From Sedimentisphaerales bacterium (lineage in GTDB: Bacteria; Planctomycetota; Phycisphaerae; Sedimentisphaerales; SM23-30): a stretch of DNA of 64,000 bases. This document shows positions 41,025 through 50,557 of the stretch, in pieces (the stretch's first letter is position 1; every line of letters begins with the position of its first letter). The DNA lies in assembly GCA_963663805.2 (NCBI GenBank), contig CAXXMR010000013.1, positions 192,001 to 256,000 on the forward strand. The letters run 5' to 3'. The notes beneath the pieces were generated by a model. The model made no database searches. It worked only from the letters and a program-made list of their open reading frames with translations, and was not told the origin of the DNA. Both the position numbers and the translations under genes were made by a program.

Positions 41025-43845
41025 CTACAAACACGACTTCTGGAAAAATGTCAGTAACTATGTAAACTTATTCTCCGGTTCATCAGTTATGAGTATCGGG
41101 GCTATGATCATGAGTCTGCGGCATCATCGTCAGCAGGATCAGGATGTTCTGGGCCAGCACTTGTTCTTCGATTGGCAGACTCGACCATCCTCGCAGCTTA
41201 TTTCTCTGCTGGATTGCGATATACACGAAATACTGAGTCCAGACCATTTCGTAACCGCCCGGCTGCCGGAAAACTCCGAATCACTGCGGCGAGCCGAAGA
41301 AGCCGGCTTGTTTGCCAGTATGCCGGCCGGTTGGCATCGCAATACCGGATCCAGCGGCGACAATCATGGCGGTGCCGCCGACCCGAGAATCGGGCTGATA
41401 CTGGCCCTGCTGAACGAACCGGAACTCATGAACAAGCTCAGCCAGTCGATCCAGAAAGCTACGGAACATGACCGCAAGATAATACTGGCCCAAAAAGGTC
41501 TGCTCTCCGAAAATACCGGTTCCCAGATAGTGATCATGTCCACTTTTTCGACCGCCGGCGCTACCGGAAACGGCAGCCAGTACTGGTTCACTCGAAATGC
41601 CGCGAACCGGATCAAGCAGGAACAGGGTATCCAGGCTAAAGTGATCCTCAATGCGCTCCTGACCGGTACTATAGCCCATAATGATCGGGACAGAGCCGAA
41701 CTCAACGAACTTGCCCTGTTGAAATTCCTGCGGCCCCAGATTTCCGGCAAAAACGTAAACCCGATCACCGGCCAACTATCTCCCTGCCAGTTCGATCAGC
41801 TCTTTCTGGCCGGCAATCAAAATGACCATGGCAATATCGCCGGTCTGGACCAGCTGCTCGCTCATCAGGCGCATACGCATTATCTCTTGTGGCACACCGA
41901 CGCCGGTCGAAAAATCCGGGAGCGGCTGGTGGATTTTTCTTCTTGCAGTTTCGATGAATACGGTGACCCGCAATTCGGACTGAGTATGTCCTGTTCCATT
42001 ATATCCTGCGACAGCGAAAGAAGACTGGGCCATGCCGGTTCGGCCGCTGCCGAACTGCTTATCGAACATCTGCTGGCCGCGGGTGACCGTCAAAGTCCTC
42101 CGGCGATAGCCGCCAATCTGGCGCGGTCCTGCGACATAATCGAGTCTGCCCAGGACAACAATATTACCGGTCCTCTGCTGCAGCATCTGGAGCCCGGCCA
42201 GACGGGCTTCCTGGAGCAGATGCGGGAGATGCTGGCCGACCGGTTGGGTAAAAGCCGAGGTCTGCAGCGGATAGAACTAATCGATGAAACCGTCAACGAT
42301 ATTCGCAGTCAGCATATCCCCGAAGTACTGGCCGTAAAAATGAAAAAAAAGGCCCGTAAAAGACTGGAAACCGCCCAAAAACACCTGGACCAGTATCTTC
42401 AGCTCAGCCAGCGCAAGCTGCACGGCACCTGGCAGGCCAGGCAAAGCCTGGGCCGGCTCCGCAAATTAGCGGAAAACTCTTACCAGGTTATCATGGCCAA
42501 AATCGCCGAGCTTCAGGCCATGGCCGGGCCCCATGAACAGAATATGGTCGAAATCCTGGAAACCGCAGCGCAGTTTCAAAACGGCCGCTTCTGGCACCGC
42601 CTGAGCAATCCGCTCCTGCCGGGACGTATGTCCCAGCTTATGGAAGAATCCGCCCGTATTGACCTGGAATGCCTGGCCCAGACCACCGCCTGCACTATAG
42701 CTGCCCAGGAGTTCCTGCTGCCTTTCGTCGAGTATGTCGATACGAAAATCGCCTGGCTCACCCGGCATATCCAGAAACTCCAGAACCTGAAATCGTCGTT
42801 CGGTCAGAAGGTTCGGTATTGGACCGAAAAACCCACCGTTACCAAGGTTCCGCTGGGTCTGGAGCTCACCGACCGGGAATTCCTGAAATCATGGTTCGCC
42901 AAGACCATCATTAAATTAGGCGGGGAAGAACAGTTCGTCCAGGACATTCTGGCCCGTTATCTGGCGGATTATGACAGCCTGGCTTTTCTGTCCGAAACCC
43001 CGGAACAGCAAGCCCGGAAAATCATTATCGAGATCTGCACCAGGGTATTTGCCCCGCTGATCAAGGCGGAAAATGTCGTGGATATATTCAAAGACCGTTT
43101 CCCCCAGGAAAGCGGTCAACGCCGCATTATCCAGGAATCGATTCTCCAGTGTGAGGGCCGGGTCCTCTCTCTGGGCGAAGTCAATAAAAAGGTCGCCTGG
43201 CTCAAACATATTATCGTCCCGGATACCGCCCATCAGAAATGGGCTCAGTCGCTCTGTGAGGGTCTGGATACCAAACCCGGAAAATGGGATTCTTCGGTCC
43301 ATCACGACCCAGACCTGATCATCATCATGCAGCTGCGGAACAATATCTCGCTGACACCGCTGATCAAAAGACTGGAAGCAGGCCGATCCTGGTCCGAAAT
43401 TATCTCACGGGCTCCCGATCCGGTCAGTGCCCTCATGGTCAACTCCAATCCCACTGATCGGGAAATAAAACGCCTCTGGGCCAAGGCCATCGCTGCGGAC
43501 CTGCTGGACTGGGATCCCGAGCAGGGCCTGACTCTGCATTCCTGCGATCAGGACCAGGTATTCGGTGGCAACGTAGATTCTGCCCATCACTATCTGCGGC
43601 ACAACTGGTCGGAAATCGTTTTTATCGAATCGACTTTCGGCCGTCACGCAGTTATCCGCGAGAAGTCACTCCTGGCCGCCCTGCACCGGTTAAAATCACA
43701 ATTGCAGGATACGCAAGATACCCAGGATATGCGACTGATCTTGACAGACCTCGATGCCGTCGAGGAAGCGATCGAGCAGTTGGAACTGATAACCCCCTGG
43801 GCTCGCCGGCAGAGCCAGGCCGGACTCAAGGAGCTGAAAGCATGA
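41008..43845 (+). CDS. Tubulin/FtsZ-like domain protein with long helical C-terminal region
   Basis: GGAADPRIG and STAGATGNG resemble the GAGxxRxxG and GGTGSG tubulin-family motifs; followed by coiled coils. Confidence 0.7.
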   Translation: MKENPNYKHDFWKNVSNYVNLFSGSSVMSIGAMIMSLRHHRQQDQDVLGQHLFFDWQTRPSSQLISLLDCDIHEILSPDHFVTARLPENSESLRRAEEAGLFASMPAGWHRNTGSSGDNHGGAADPRIGLILALLNEPELMNKLSQSIQKATEHDRKIILAQKGLLSENTGSQIVIMSTFSTAGATGNGSQYWFTRNAANRIKQEQGIQAKVILNALLTGTIAHNDRDRAELNELALLKFLRPQISGKNVNPITGQLSPCQFDQLFLAGNQNDHGNIAGLDQLLAHQAHTHYLLWHTDAGRKIRERLVDFSSCSFDEYGDPQFGLSMSCSIISCDSERRLGHAGSAAAELLIEHLLAAGDRQSPPAIAANLARSCDIIESAQDNNITGPLLQHLEPGQTGFLEQMREMLADRLGKSRGLQRIELIDETVNDIRSQHIPEVLAVKMKKKARKRLETAQKHLDQYLQLSQRKLHGTWQARQSLGRLRKLAENSYQVIMAKIAELQAMAGPHEQNMVEILETAAQFQNGRFWHRLSNPLLPGRMSQLMEESARIDLECLAQTTACTIAAQEFLLPFVEYVDTKIAWLTRHIQKLQNLKSSFGQKVRYWTEKPTVTKVPLGLELTDREFLKSWFAKTIIKLGGEEQFVQDILARYLADYDSLAFLSETPEQQARKIIIEICTRVFAPLIKAENVVDIFKDRFPQESGQRRIIQESILQCEGRVLSLGEVNKKVAWLKHIIVPDTAHQKWAQSLCEGLDTKPGKWDSSVHHDPDLIIIMQLRNNISLTPLIKRLEAGRSWSEIISRAPDPVSALMVNSNPTDREIKRLWAKAIAADLLDWDPEQGLTLHSCDQDQVFGGNVDSAHHYLRHNWSEIVFIESTFGRHAVIREKSLLAALHRLKSQLQDTQDTQDMRLILTDLDAVEEAIEQLELITPWARRQSQAGLKELKA

Positions 43846-44762
43846 ATTTCCCTCGACATCGAATGCCCGGCGGACGCTGCTGCAGGCCGCAGCCTGATCC
43901 GCTGATTACTTATCTGGAAAACAATCCTCCGGAGTTTTCGACATTACCGATCGAACCGGCTCTGCCGATGCCGGAAGATTCACCTGCCGCGAACATTACG
44001 GCAAATGACCAGGTCATGAATACCTCGGTATTGTCAGGCGCCGAAGTTACCATATTCGGCGCCGGCTCGGTCGGCAGTCATCTGGCCGCTCTGCTGGGCC
44101 CGGCCCGTCTGCATATTCACGTTTTCGACTTCAAGACGGTGGAAGCCAAGCATTGCCGTGACGGCAGAACCCTCTATGAAAACAGCCAGATCGGCAGTAT
44201 GAAGGTTGACGCTCTGCAGGAGAAAATCGAGCGTGAATATCCCGGCAGCTCGGTCCATCCCTTTCCTTACAATGTCGGTGAAGTACCTGACCGAGAACTG
44301 CTGCGGCTCATGCAGCGTTCGCTGCTGGTGGTTCTGGCCCTCGACGATCCGGTCCAGATCCTGCGAATTCACGATCTGGCCTATCCCGTGGTGGAGACCA
44401 TACACCTGGCCATGCACCGCCAGGCCGCCAGCGGCCATATTGTCCTAACCATCCCTTTTGTTACCCCCTGCCTGCGCTGTACGCTGGGACTGGACGATTC
44501 CCGTCAGATACGCCAGCTCCACGGTGAACCCGGCAATGGCTGGCACATCCGCCGAGTCGCCCACGAAGGCGCCGCCGTCGCCCTCGACCTGATGTACGCC
44601 AAGATCACCGGCCAAGCGATACAACGCTGGAATACCGAATGCAACCTTATCTATATCGCCAATTCCCGTCAGGAAATCAGCCCGGATGGTCCGGGCCAGC
44701 ATTACGAGGCCAGTCAGCGACGGCCCGGCTGCCGCCTCTGCAATATCCATCCGGCCGTTTAA
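43842..44762 (+). CDS. ThiF-family adenylyltransferase with zinc-binding CxxC pairs
   Basis: GAGSVG, DFKTVE, K.DAL, TPCLRC and GCRLC motifs; ATGA overlap with the tubulin-like gene. Confidence 0.85.
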   Translation: MNFPRHRMPGGRCCRPQPDPLITYLENNPPEFSTLPIEPALPMPEDSPAANITANDQVMNTSVLSGAEVTIFGAGSVGSHLAALLGPARLHIHVFDFKTVEAKHCRDGRTLYENSQIGSMKVDALQEKIEREYPGSSVHPFPYNVGEVPDRELLRLMQRSLLVVLALDDPVQILRIHDLAYPVVETIHLAMHRQAASGHIVLTIPFVTPCLRCTLGLDDSRQIRQLHGEPGNGWHIRRVAHEGAAVALDLMYAKITGQAIQRWNTECNLIYIANSRQEISPDGPGQHYEASQRRPGCRLCNIHPAV

Positions 44763-44774
44763 GGAGACCATATC

Positions 44775-45071
44775 ATGAGAACCACCAACTTATTACCCTC
44801 CGGTACCGGACGCTTCGCCGCGAATCTGCCCACTCTGCCAGGTCCTCAACCCGCCTCGCCCCAGGTTCTGCAGCTGCTGATGCAGTCGATCGTCCAGCTC
44901 AACCAGAAAGTCGACAGTCTGGCCCTGCGCAGTCAGGCACCACTTGAGGTGCAGACGCGTTCCCGGCCCAACACCATCACCGTGGAGACCGTCGAACCAC
45001 CCCGGGAGATCGAAAAACCCCCTAAAACCGAAAAACTCGATCTCGGTAAACTGCTGGACATCTTCGACTGA
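44775..45071 (+). CDS. Small hypothetical protein
   Basis: AAGGAG SD; short coiled coil; acidic-hydrophobic tail LLDIFD. Confidence 0.65.
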   Translation: MRTTNLLPSGTGRFAANLPTLPGPQPASPQVLQLLMQSIVQLNQKVDSLALRSQAPLEVQTRSRPNTITVETVEPPREIEKPPKTEKLDLGKLLDIFD

Positions 45072-45147
45072 CCTCTCTTCTGGCCGGGCGTGATAAACTC
45101 ATTGCGTCCGGCCTGATTATCTCCCCCAACCCAAAGGAACCAAAACT

Positions 45148-45417
45148 ATGAACGACAAAATCAACTATCCCGTCGCCGAATTCAAGTCGGGGAAATTCTC
45201 CAGCGCCGTCTTTGAAGCCACTAAACAGAGCCGTGACGGACGGGATTACACCCAAAAGTCTATCCGGCTCCAGAAAAGCTATCTCGATCCCGGTACTGGC
45301 CAATGGGTCAACCAGTCCATCACCATCTTCGCCGAGGAAATCGGGGATCTCGAAAGTGTCGCTCGAAATGCCCGGGATCATTGCCGACTCAAGACCAAAC
45401 TGAACGAAAATGAATAG
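45148..45417 (+). CDS. Small protein, possibly a PC4/whirly-like ssDNA-binding protein
   Basis: PVAEFKSG...AVF...SIRLQKSYLD..G.W....I...I..L pattern; AAAGGA SD. Confidence 0.55.
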   Translation: MNDKINYPVAEFKSGKFSSAVFEATKQSRDGRDYTQKSIRLQKSYLDPGTGQWVNQSITIFAEEIGDLESVARNARDHCRLKTKLNENE

Positions 45418-45452
45418 AAATGAAATGGTCCTGGCTGGGCCGCTTCCCTGCG

Positions 45453-45479
45453 CCCGCCTGCTTCGGCAGGCGGGTTTTT
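45453..45479 (+). terminator. Intrinsic terminator closing the 35.1-45.4 kb operon
   Basis: CCCGCCTGC-TTCG-GCAGGCGGG followed by TTTTT. Confidence 0.85.
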
Positions 45480-45486
45480 CAATATC

Positions 45487-46356
45487 TCAAGCCGCGGCCT
45501 CGACGTTTTGCGGTTCTGAAATACTGCCCCAGTTCCTGACAGGCTCTTCTTCCGGCATGATCGCCTGGATAATCTCCCGGGCGGTTCGGCGGATACGCTC
45601 CAGCGAACCGAGTAATGTCTGACTATTACCTCGATACAGCTGTATATAGTCACAGGCGGCCTCACCGACCGCCAGGCCGATCGCCTGAGACACTACATAC
45701 GCCACCGCTTCGGCCTCGGTCTCACAAATCTCTCTGCTCTCCGGCCGAGGCTCATCTCTCTGATGCAGCAGCTCATGGGCCAGTTCATGGACCAGAACCG
45801 AAAATTCTTCGGCGCCGGTCAGTCCCGACTTGATGATAATCCTGCCTTTTTCCGAAAGACCCAGGGTCGCTCCCAATCTTGTCGAATATTCCAACTCGAT
45901 GCCCTGTTCTTTTACAAACCGCTGGAGAGATTCTAGATAAACCCCCGGCTCTCCGCTCGCCTCCGCCAGTTTCACCAATGGCCGGCCTTCGGTCTGACTT
46001 ATATCGAATACACATGCCGACCGAAACGCCGCCACTCGCTCCCGTTCCGTATCATCTTTTTCATCCTTGTCCCGGACAACGATCGGAGCCAATATCCGAA
46101 TCGCCTTCTCGCCTTTTTTGACCTTCCTCCCCAAACGTTTCCAGGACCAGAACCCCGCTACCCGGGTCGCTTGCGGACGCTGCGATCCTATTAGCAGGAC
46201 GTTACCGGCCGAATAACGATGGAATCGGCCCATCATCTGCAGATAACTCCGCAAACGCTCACTCTGTCCGGCCTCCAGGGCTTCGGTCAGGTTCGCCAAC
46301 TCCTGACGAACCATACTTTCAATTCTTTTTCCCGCCGTTTCGATCACCTCACTCAC
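45487..46356 (-). CDS. ArdC-like ssDNA-binding N-terminal domain plus HExxH metallopeptidase domain
   Basis: FHRYS.GN.LLI..Q.P.AT.VAGF..WK.LGR.VKKGEKAI.I.AP, VFDISQTEG, HELAH and E.EAE.VAY motifs. Confidence 0.85.
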   Translation of the reverse strand: MSEVIETAGKRIESMVRQELANLTEALEAGQSERLRSYLQMMGRFHRYSAGNVLLIGSQRPQATRVAGFWSWKRLGRKVKKGEKAIRILAPIVVRDKDEKDDTERERVAAFRSACVFDISQTEGRPLVKLAEASGEPGVYLESLQRFVKEQGIELEYSTRLGATLGLSEKGRIIIKSGLTGAEEFSVLVHELAHELLHQRDEPRPESREICETEAEAVAYVVSQAIGLAVGEAACDYIQLYRGNSQTLLGSLERIRRTAREIIQAIMPEEEPVRNWGSISEPQNVEAAA

Positions 46357-46561
46357 CCAGTTCTGCTTCTGCCGTTAATTTGTCACACCAGCCGCAACGA
46401 CCACCTATCAGCTCCGTTTCCAGAAACTTCCTTCCGCACCCGCAACATCTGCTCTCTCTTACATCTGTCATTTTATCTCCTCCCGACCTGCCTCTCCGGG
46501 CAGGCTCTGTTCACCCTGTAACTGAGCCTGCCAACGTTGCTGCCCGTCGGCAAATCGTAAA

Positions 46562-46895
46562 TCAGGACTGTTGCGTATCATCGTATGCAGCATACTCAGA
46601 ATACAGCTCCGGATATACACATCTGACGCAGTTTCGGTTACTGATATCGCCGTCATGCCGCTCGACAATATCCTCACCGACGAAAACCAGGGTATCCCGG
46701 ACATCGGCAAATGACACCCAACTGCCGCATTTTTCACATCTTCCAGCCTTTGTAAATGCCGGCTCTTTCACTGTTGAAGTCACACCGAGAATATTCCTTA
46801 AGGCATACCAGGCTTTCCAGAGCTGACCGGGTGTTTTTTTTGCTGCGGTGCAGATAATCTTCCATGATATCCAATGCCTCCTTCAGGTTTTTCAT
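46562..46895 (-). CDS. Small zinc-ribbon protein, +1 frameshift in the A8 run at ~46838
   Basis: MKNLKEALDIM... joins to ...CEKCG...CVRC. Confidence 0.5.
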
Positions 46896-47026
46896 GAAAA
46901 CACCTCTAGAGCCTGATCGATTATCCGGCGATACTCGATATCCGATTCGCTCTCTTCATCGAACCAGCGTCGATAATCCGCTAAAGCTTCCTGAATGATC
47001 CCTATATGTTCATCTGGCATTTCCAT
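46892..47026 (-). CDS. Small hypothetical protein (44 aa)
   Basis: Manually read MEMPDEHIGIIQEALADYRRWFD...; GGTGAT SD; ATGA overlap with the next gene. Confidence 0.55.
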   Translation of the reverse strand: MEMPDEHIGIIQEALADYRRWFDEESESDIEYRRIIDQALEVFS

Positions 47027-47031
47027 TTCTA

Positions 47032-47253
47032 TCACCTAGTTTGTTTTTCGTTTGCCTGACTCATGGCTTCATAGGTGCATTCATAGAGTATATCCCAGTC
47101 AATATGGCCGTTGAGCAGACCTTTTTCCAATAGTTGAGACCATTGCTGGAACTCATCCTGGCTTACCGGTTTTCGACCCATAGACTGCTCAAAATCGCCC
47201 GCACAGAGAATCAGCACTATCTTATAATCCTCGATATCTTCCGCCACTTTCAA
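47032..47253 (-). CDS. Small hypothetical protein
   Basis: Coupled ORF within a string of small genes. Confidence 0.6.
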   Translation of the reverse strand: MKVAEDIEDYKIVLILCAGDFEQSMGRKPVSQDEFQQWSQLLEKGLLNGHIDWDILYECTYEAMSQANEKQTR

Positions 47254-47444
47254 TCACCTCTCCGCATATCTCCCATTTTAGCGTGAAATGTCCCAAGATA
47301 CCCACCCGCCGCGTCACAGCCGTAAGGACAGCCAAAATCCAGATCCAGTCCCGAATGTTCCTGGCCCCTTACATAAAACTCCCTGCCGTAGTTTTGAAAC
47401 TTGTACTGCCGTAATTCGAGAAACTTTTTATTCTTCCTTCTCAT
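47250..47444 (-). CDS. Small hypothetical protein
   Basis: GGAGG SD; CPYGC motif. Confidence 0.55.
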   Translation of the reverse strand: MRRKNKKFLELRQYKFQNYGREFYVRGQEHSGLDLDFGCPYGCDAAGGYLGTFHAKMGDMRRGD

Positions 47445-47642
47445 TCATATTACCTCCGAGCCCCAGCGGCTCCATGACCTAAGCCGCGGGGCAGGCTGAC
47501 AGGCCCCAAATCATGGCCATCACATCCGGAAATAACGCCTAACGCCATTTCAGGCATTGCACAAATAATCCACAAGTGACTCAGCAACCTGAATCAGAAT
47601 AGAGATTTTGGTAAAATGGTGTAATAAAACGGAGATTCAAGT

Positions 47643-48593
47643 ATGAAAGAACATCAGTATAAGCTCAAAACCGGTATCAGCCGAACTCCCGAGTTCGCTA
47701 AAAAAAAGCTGGCCTCCTTTGCCGTGAATCCTGGGATAAAGTGCGGGCACGATTGTTGGTATTGCAGTACAGGCGCCACGATGCGAATGCATCCAGCCTT
47801 TAAAGCCTGCGGTGAAAATCCCTTTGCTTTTGGATACAGTATACTTGACCCCGATACACCCGAACGAGTGGCTCGTGACGCGGTACGCATCAAAGAACGC
47901 GGTTTGGTCCAACTCTGTACTACCGTCGATGCCTGGGCACCCGAGTCTCAAAAATATGGCCTCGGTCGGCGCTGCCTGGAAGCCATACTATCTCAGCCCG
48001 GCTGGCGGGTACGTATTCTGACCAAAAACGCTGCCGTTGTGGATGACTTTGACCTGTTGGAAAAATATAGAGACCGTATCCTTCTCGGTCTTAGCGTTAC
48101 TGCCCCGCCTGATAAAGATGAAATCATCAATATTCTGGAACCTCATGCCTCTTCTATTCAAGAACGCATGCTCTCACTCGTTGAAGCTGCTGCCCGAGGT
48201 CTGCGAACTTATGCCATGTTCTGTCCGCTGCTTCCCGGAATCGCGGATGCACCCGAACAAATTGATCAGCTCATAAAATTTGCGGTTGACTGTAAAGTCG
48301 AGGAAATCTTCGTAGAACCTATCAATTCCCGCGGCCCCGGCCTAAAACACTGTCAGCATGCCCTGGAGCTTTGGGGATATGAAAAAGAAGCTCAGGCAAT
48401 TGAACGGATCAGAAGCCGTGTTGGCTGGTCAGATTATGTCCGCAAACTGACTGCCAATGTTCAATCAAGCATCAAAGAATATTCTGATATCGGTAAGCTG
48501 AGATTCCTGCTCTACCCTTCCCGCCTGACACCAGAAGACCTGAAAGAAATCAGAAAGAACGATCGAGGAGTGATCTGGTTAGGAAAGAATTAG
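47643..48593 (+). CDS. Radical SAM protein (spore-photoproduct-lyase-like family)
   Basis: CGHDCWYC CxxxCxxC motif; ILTKN, EP..S....R and P.LPGI.D motifs. Confidence 0.85.
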   Translation: MKEHQYKLKTGISRTPEFAKKKLASFAVNPGIKCGHDCWYCSTGATMRMHPAFKACGENPFAFGYSILDPDTPERVARDAVRIKERGLVQLCTTVDAWAPESQKYGLGRRCLEAILSQPGWRVRILTKNAAVVDDFDLLEKYRDRILLGLSVTAPPDKDEIINILEPHASSIQERMLSLVEAAARGLRTYAMFCPLLPGIADAPEQIDQLIKFAVDCKVEEIFVEPINSRGPGLKHCQHALELWGYEKEAQAIERIRSRVGWSDYVRKLTANVQSSIKEYSDIGKLRFLLYPSRLTPEDLKEIRKNDRGVIWLGKN

Positions 48594-48597
48594 TGTT

Positions 48598-48855
48598 ATG
48601 ATTCAACCACACATCGACAATTCTGAAAATAATCACAATGCAAAACCGGAAAAGTTCCCCGATCTTATGACACAAAAAGAATTGATAGATTACCTTCGAA
48701 TATCTGAGATAAGTAATTCAAAAGATTATAATTATGTAATTGATCATCTCAAAAAATATCGCGGTCTGCCCAGAATTCATATTTGTCGGAAGGCTTTGTA
48801 TCCCAAAAAAGCTATCTTGGAATGGATAGAAAGAGAAACTGACGTCGGAAAATAA
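48598..48855 (+). CDS. Excisionase-like HTH protein
   Basis: PDLMTQKELIDYL...LPRIHI....LYPKKAILEW; directly upstream of the integrase. Confidence 0.75.
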   Translation: MIQPHIDNSENNHNAKPEKFPDLMTQKELIDYLRISEISNSKDYNYVIDHLKKYRGLPRIHICRKALYPKKAILEWIERETDVGK

Positions 48856-48858
48856 GAC

Positions 48859-48887
48859 TTGCGCTCTGTCTCGCAAACGGATACAAT
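48859..48887 (+). promoter_or_regulatory. Sigma70-type promoter of the integrase
   Basis: TTGCGC-17 nt-TACAAT upstream of the AAGGAG SD. Confidence 0.55.
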
Positions 48888-48933
48888 TCCTCTTATATCG
48901 TGTGAGCTGAGCCTACGTTAGAAAGGAGATGAT

Positions 48934-50189
48934 ATGAAACAGTTGGTAAAGCTCAATAAACGGCCCCGGCGTAGTGGGCGTTCATTTACATATGCATTGC
49001 GGTACAAAGATGAAAATGGAAAGCAAAAATGCGAAAGCCTCGGTCACACTAATCTCAGAAAAGCTGAAAAACAAAGGGCACTGAAAGAAAAAACTATTCG
49101 TATGGGATATTCTGAACCTAGATCAATGAAACTTTCGGATTTTATTGAAGACAGCCTGAGTAAAACTGGCGATCAAATCAGGGAAAGCACCAGGCGCGAA
49201 ACCAGAGCGGCAATGCAGGATTTTATAGCCGTGATCGGCAACATCGATTTTCAAAGTGTCACTCTGGAGAATGGTGAGTTCTATCTTCAGAAATGTCTTG
49301 ATCGCGGTAATACCAAGGGAACAATTGCCAAGAAACTTCGTCATATAAAAAGAGTTTTTAATCTGGCTGTAAATCGCAAGCAACTTGACGAGAATCCATT
49401 TCAATACCTTACACTTCCCAGAACGGCCAAAAAGAAAATCCATGTTTATTCAGACGAACAGTTCAGTATGATCCTTAGAGCCGCCCGGGATTTCGACCGG
49501 GAACATAATCCAGCTACGTCTGTCAGTTGGGAGCTTTTGATATCTCTGGCTCTGACTACTGGGATGCGACGTGCAGAGCTTCTGAATTGTACTTGGGCAG
49601 ATATCGACTTTGACACTCACACTATTGAAGTAAATCCCAAACAGAACTCTCGAGACAACTGGGAATGGCTCATAAAAGATTTTGACCAAAGGACACTACC
49701 CTTGACAGAGGATATTGTGCAGAAGTTGGCAGATCATCAGGCCTGTCAGCCCGAGGGTTATCCCTACGTTTTTGTACCCATCGCAAGGTATGATCATATT
49801 CAGAATGTTCTCAGACCCTATGGTAAGTGGACTCTTTCTGATTCTCGCCTCAAGGTGGTGAACAACTTCAAGCGAAGCTTCGACCAAATCCTAAAAAAAG
49901 CGGGAATTAAAGTGGGTACTTTTCACGACATCAGGAGAACATCCATAAGTATGTGGCTGGCACATGGTATGAGCGAGTACGACGTAATGAACCTGGCAGG
50001 ACATTCCAGTTTTTCCACCACACACAAGTTCTACCTTGCTGTGGCAGATGACCTGATCCAGCGTGCCAGGACCGCAACTGCTGAGGGATTGTGCAAAAAA
50101 ATGGGACGTTTTGGGACGCGGGGCCTTCAGGTTAGTTTTGATCCAGAACGTAAATTAGATAACTCATTGACAAACAACGAGTTATCTAA

Positions 50190-50196
<7 letters not shown>
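48934..50196 (+). CDS. Tyrosine recombinase/integrase
   Basis: TGMRRAEL, FHDIRRT and LAGHSS..TT.KFY catalytic motifs; adjacent to a tRNA. Confidence 0.93.
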
Positions 50197-50262
<66 letters not shown>

Positions 50263-50557
50263 AGTTAGCGACATTATCAATGCCGACTAAAGCTACTTAT
50301 CACAATGGTCGTCAAAAGGACCAAAGTGTTAAGCAGACCGGTAATTTAGCGGCTTCTCTGTCAGATTGCAAGTACATAACGCAAAAAAACTTAATCGCAA
50401 ATCGCTGGCCCGTCGTTATGTATGTCTTTATATTGCAAGATTTTATGTCTTAGTCTGTTCCGGATTGGCGTTTCTTTCGCTAATTAGTTATAATTGTACA
50501 CGCAATTATTTTAATCTGGATCGGCCTGGGCATCTGGCAAAGTGGTTGTGAGGAAAA

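Noticed and set aside
1..50100. Second att site (tRNA-Phe 3' duplicate)
   Set aside because: Not found by eye in the window; the island probably extends beyond base 1.
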